Below, one piece after another: positions 61,086-64,000 of a stretch of 64,000 nt of DNA; the stretch's first letter is position 1; every line of letters starts with the position of its first letter. Below the pieces are notes generated by a model. That model searched no databases and was not told the origin of the DNA. It worked only from the letters and a program-made list of their open reading frames with translations. Origin of the DNA: an uncultured bacterium. Lineage in GTDB: Bacteria; Babelota; Babeliae; Babelales; Babelaceae. The position numbers and the translations under genes were made by a program. The stretch covers positions 608,001 to 672,000 of the forward strand of contig CAVRKK010000002.1 of assembly GCA_963722385.1 (NCBI GenBank), written 5' to 3'.

Positions 61086-62693
61086 CTACCGCTTAATAAA
61101 TCGCGGGTTATGCTCCATATGCGGTGCTGAATTGTTAATCTTAAACAACGGCCTGATGTCCATTTTTAAGCCCGCATTGAACTTGCTTAATAGCTCAACG
61201 GGCGTATAAAGCGCCATGTTGCGGTTTTTGGAATAAGTCTGAACCAAATTGAGTGGGATATTCACGATCTGCGACGTTACGGGGCAAAGTCCGATGAGCG
61301 AAAAGTTGCTAAACTGCTCCCATGTTGCCTCAAGCTCATTAGGCGTATGATATCGAAGCGATTCGAGAGCACCCCTGATATCCCGCTTGCGATACAGTGT
61401 CATATCCAACGTACATATCTGGCGCCACTCTCCTCTACCTGCCATAAACTGCCACGCATAAACCGTAGGCGTAATTTTCAGCAAGGGCGGCGTACCCGTA
61501 TAAGCACCCCTGGGCAACACAGAATAACAATGAGTAATGTTTTTTCCCAAGCGCAAGTAAAAGCCATGGGCACCCGTTAGCTCAAGCAGCATGAGCGCAG
61601 CGTCAAGATCAATCGCATCTTTGATAATAATATCATCAACAGCAAATGCAACATAATCACCAGCTCGCTGATACACTGAGGCAAGCGTCAAAGCCTTAAG
61701 ATCAGCAGCGGTTCGCTGATGATGAAATATGGCTTGAGGGAAGTGCGCCTTCAGCACGTCATAGGCACGCCCGTAGCTGCTATTCGACGTTGCGTAAATA
61801 ACAACAACCTCATAAGCGCCGGTTACGTGTGCATAACAAGACTCAAGGAAGGCATACAATTGTAAGGGGCGATCTTTAGAATAAACAATGAGTCTCGCCT
61901 TCTGCTTGTCGCTCGTGACCGGCTGGGCAAGGGGCTGATACTTTCGCTTTGAGCGAATTAAGCGCTCTTGCTGCTTTTCTTTTTCTGATGGTGCCGGTAC
62001 TGGCGAGTGCTGGATGCAGAGAATATCATCAATAAAGCGATAGTGCTCTTTGCCTGCCATTTCAAGCAAGGGGAAAAGATAGGCTTTCTGAACATTGCCA
62101 TAGAAGTGACCACGGTCTATTAAGTCGCCAAGCTTAATCTGTTTTAAAAGCCAGGCACGACACGTAAACGGCAAACCAATGCACCAAGCTTTATGTGAAC
62201 GGAAAGTATTGTCCTGGTAGATGTTAAGAGGAAAATCTCCAGCGATACGCTTGCCGCTTAAGCCCTTGAGCTGGTAATTGCCGGACGCCGCCCACACCGT
62301 CGAATCTTCATAAAGCTCTGCCAACTGGGCAAGCACATTCTGGTTCGCAAAAATTTGGCCGGGCAACAATATAAGAATAACGCTCTGATCGGGGCAGCTT
62401 AAGCCTGTCGTATAAACGGCCTGTACCAACTCTTGACGGTGGCTATTAGAAGCGACCGTTAAGCAAGATTCATGCTTTTGCATAAAATCCCGGACTTCTT
62501 TAGCCTTTAACGAGCCATTGTTGATAGCGTAAAGGTGCCAGTTGATATAACGCTGATCGGTAAGCGATGCGAGTGTCTCAAAAAGGTCTTCCGATACGAC
62601 AGGTGGAACAATAATTGAAAATTTGCATGAAGCGCCTTGGATAGGCGCCGAGATGAGAGCTAAACAAAAAATAACGTTTTTATATATGCGCAT
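61086..62693 (-). CDS. Two-domain glycosyltransferase-like secreted protein
   Basis: GT-A-like N-terminus (FSIIVP, SL..Q.Y.NW, PLLEMAG) plus SKDRPLQL...VDD...LRLG domain. Confidence 0.72.
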   Translation of the reverse strand: MRIYKNVIFCLALISAPIQGASCKFSIIVPPVVSEDLFETLASLTDQRYINWHLYAINNGSLKAKEVRDFMQKHESCLTVASNSHRQELVQAVYTTGLSCPDQSVILILLPGQIFANQNVLAQLAELYEDSTVWAASGNYQLKGLSGKRIAGDFPLNIYQDNTFRSHKAWCIGLPFTCRAWLLKQIKLGDLIDRGHFYGNVQKAYLFPLLEMAGKEHYRFIDDILCIQHSPVPAPSEKEKQQERLIRSKRKYQPLAQPVTSDKQKARLIVYSKDRPLQLYAFLESCYAHVTGAYEVVVIYATSNSSYGRAYDVLKAHFPQAIFHHQRTAADLKALTLASVYQRAGDYVAFAVDDIIIKDAIDLDAALMLLELTGAHGFYLRLGKNITHCYSVLPRGAYTGTPPLLKITPTVYAWQFMAGRGEWRQICTLDMTLYRKRDIRGALESLRYHTPNELEATWEQFSNFSLIGLCPVTSQIVNIPLNLVQTYSKNRNMALYTPVELLSKFNAGLKMDIRPLFKINNSAPHMEHNPRFIKR

Positions 62694-63483
62694 TGCTACG
62701 TGGTGCTAAAAGTCCAAGATTGGCGAGCAATTGATCAATTTGATTTTTGTATTGATGATATGGCCGTAACATATGTGAGTCTATGTAGTAGCCAGCCTTG
62801 AGTAATCGTTGATCAAACTGCCATTTTGACCGATCGATGCGCTGGTTGCCCGTCTCATAACCAAGCAGTTTAAGACGATCCGGATAGCCATGCCATTTTC
62901 TTAACAGCCAATAGAGCAGTACTTCATCAGCAGTCCAGCCAATTTTGAATGCATACCACTCTTGGATTTTAGCAGGAATTTCGTCAATAGAGCTTATACC
63001 GAAGATTTCTCTGAAAGTAGCACCCTTTGCCACGTTATAGCAAATGGGATATTGCTTAGCTTTGGTGCCATACGCTCTATCATTAAAAACAACAAAGAAG
63101 TTATCAGGCACATTGCTAATAAGGTTTGTATAATAAACTTTGCTGATAGGCAGCATGTCAATATCAGAAAGAATACATACCTCGTCAGGATAGAGCACGG
63201 GAATAAGAAGGCGGATGATTTGGCTATAAAATGACGAGGGAACTCCAGGCAACGGTGTAAAGCGTATCACGTCGCCGAATGATTCATCAGCAAAAACATC
63301 ATCAGGGGCTATAAGCGCCAATGTTGGCTTTAAACCGATATGCTCTTTCCAAGCTTTGGCAACAATAGGCCAAAACTCAAGGTACATGGGATGAGCGCCA
63401 GCCGATAAGATAACCCGCTCGGGAATAAGCGGATAAATCGACCAAGCAAAGCTTAAAGCGATAAAAAGACAGAGTAAGCGCAT
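62680..63483 (-). CDS. Putative glycosyltransferase (DxD), secreted
   Basis: YLEFWP, SQIIRL, SDIDM, YPICY, RIDR, DSH..RPY. Confidence 0.65.
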   Translation of the reverse strand: MRLLCLFIALSFAWSIYPLIPERVILSAGAHPMYLEFWPIVAKAWKEHIGLKPTLALIAPDDVFADESFGDVIRFTPLPGVPSSFYSQIIRLLIPVLYPDEVCILSDIDMLPISKVYYTNLISNVPDNFFVVFNDRAYGTKAKQYPICYNVAKGATFREIFGISSIDEIPAKIQEWYAFKIGWTADEVLLYWLLRKWHGYPDRLKLLGYETGNQRIDRSKWQFDQRLLKAGYYIDSHMLRPYHQYKNQIDQLLANLGLLAPRSNAHI

Positions 63484-63626
63484 AACTAACCAGTATTTTG
63501 TTGTTTATAGTAAACGTATATAATCAAACATTTTTTTATCTGTCAAGCAGCTTGTGTGTGCATTCTTGATACAAAAAATATTACGTGGTATAACTTTGCT
63601 AAGCAACTTAAGAGGAGACGATTTTT

Positions 63627-64000
63627 GTGAGAAAAGTATACCGGTTAAGCACCCTGATTTTTTTAGGAATAGTGAGATTCTCTAGCCTCTCTGCAGAAAT
63701 TAAGAGCAACTCGCCCTATGACGTGACAATCGTTGGTTTTATGAAATTTGCTGACGGGTTGGGCAGAATATCGATAGGGATTGCCGATGCATTAAGCAAG
63801 CGCCTGAACGTTAATTTTATTAATACGCGCAAGGACCACACCAGTTTAGATAATCTTTCGCCAGCAGTTCACGCAATTGCAAAAAATGGGGATGCAAGGC
63901 CCGGTAAAATTGCTATTTTTACTGACTGCTTATGGGATATCGCGCGTGACCACTCAGCCGCAGTGCCCGAAACATGTGACATCAAAATTGCCTATTCTAT
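63627..64000 (+). CDS. 5' part of a probable glycosyltransferase (runs off the window)
   Basis: RBS GAGGAG, GTG start, open to the end; DVTIVG....DGLGR, IKIAYS. Confidence 0.55.
   Translation, partial: MRKVYRLSTLIFLGIVRFSSLSAEIKSNSPYDVTIVGFMKFADGLGRISIGIADALSKRLNVNFINTRKDHTSLDNLSPAVHAIAKNGDARPGKIAIFTDCLWDIARDHSAAVPETCDIKIAYS

Overview
Bacterial chromosome window using the standard genetic code. It is most likely from a protist-associated intracellular lineage such as Ca. Dependentiae/Babelota (TM6); this is inferred from the ankyrin expansion, many signal-peptide orphans and eukaryote/giant-virus-like glycosyltransferases. Housekeeping genes: hisS, ndk, secA, pgeF, cdsA, yraN, bamD, gspE/pilB, tamB-like, atpD, atpC, a HerA-like ATPase, glyA, tRNA-Glu and tRNA-Lys. 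Main observations: (1) an ~11.9 kb element (39392-51284) integrated at the CCA end of tRNA-Glu by a large serine recombinase whose attachment core lies inside its own 3' end, so excision would swap the enzyme's C-terminus in frame. It also carries a rolling-circle-type Rep, TA modules and secreted enzymes. (2) A two-copy non-coding cassette with divergent sigma70 promoters and a covarying ~95-nt structured RNA candidate beside related TA antitoxins. (3) A multi-hairpin REP/MITE-like repeat family. (4) IS200/IS605 tnpB end remnants. (5) A 1761-aa multi-module, DARPin-like ankyrin array with recent internal duplications. (6) Several pseudogenes: hicA, yafQ, a BclA-like collagen and a repeat protein. 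All family assignments come from motif recognition, not database searches.
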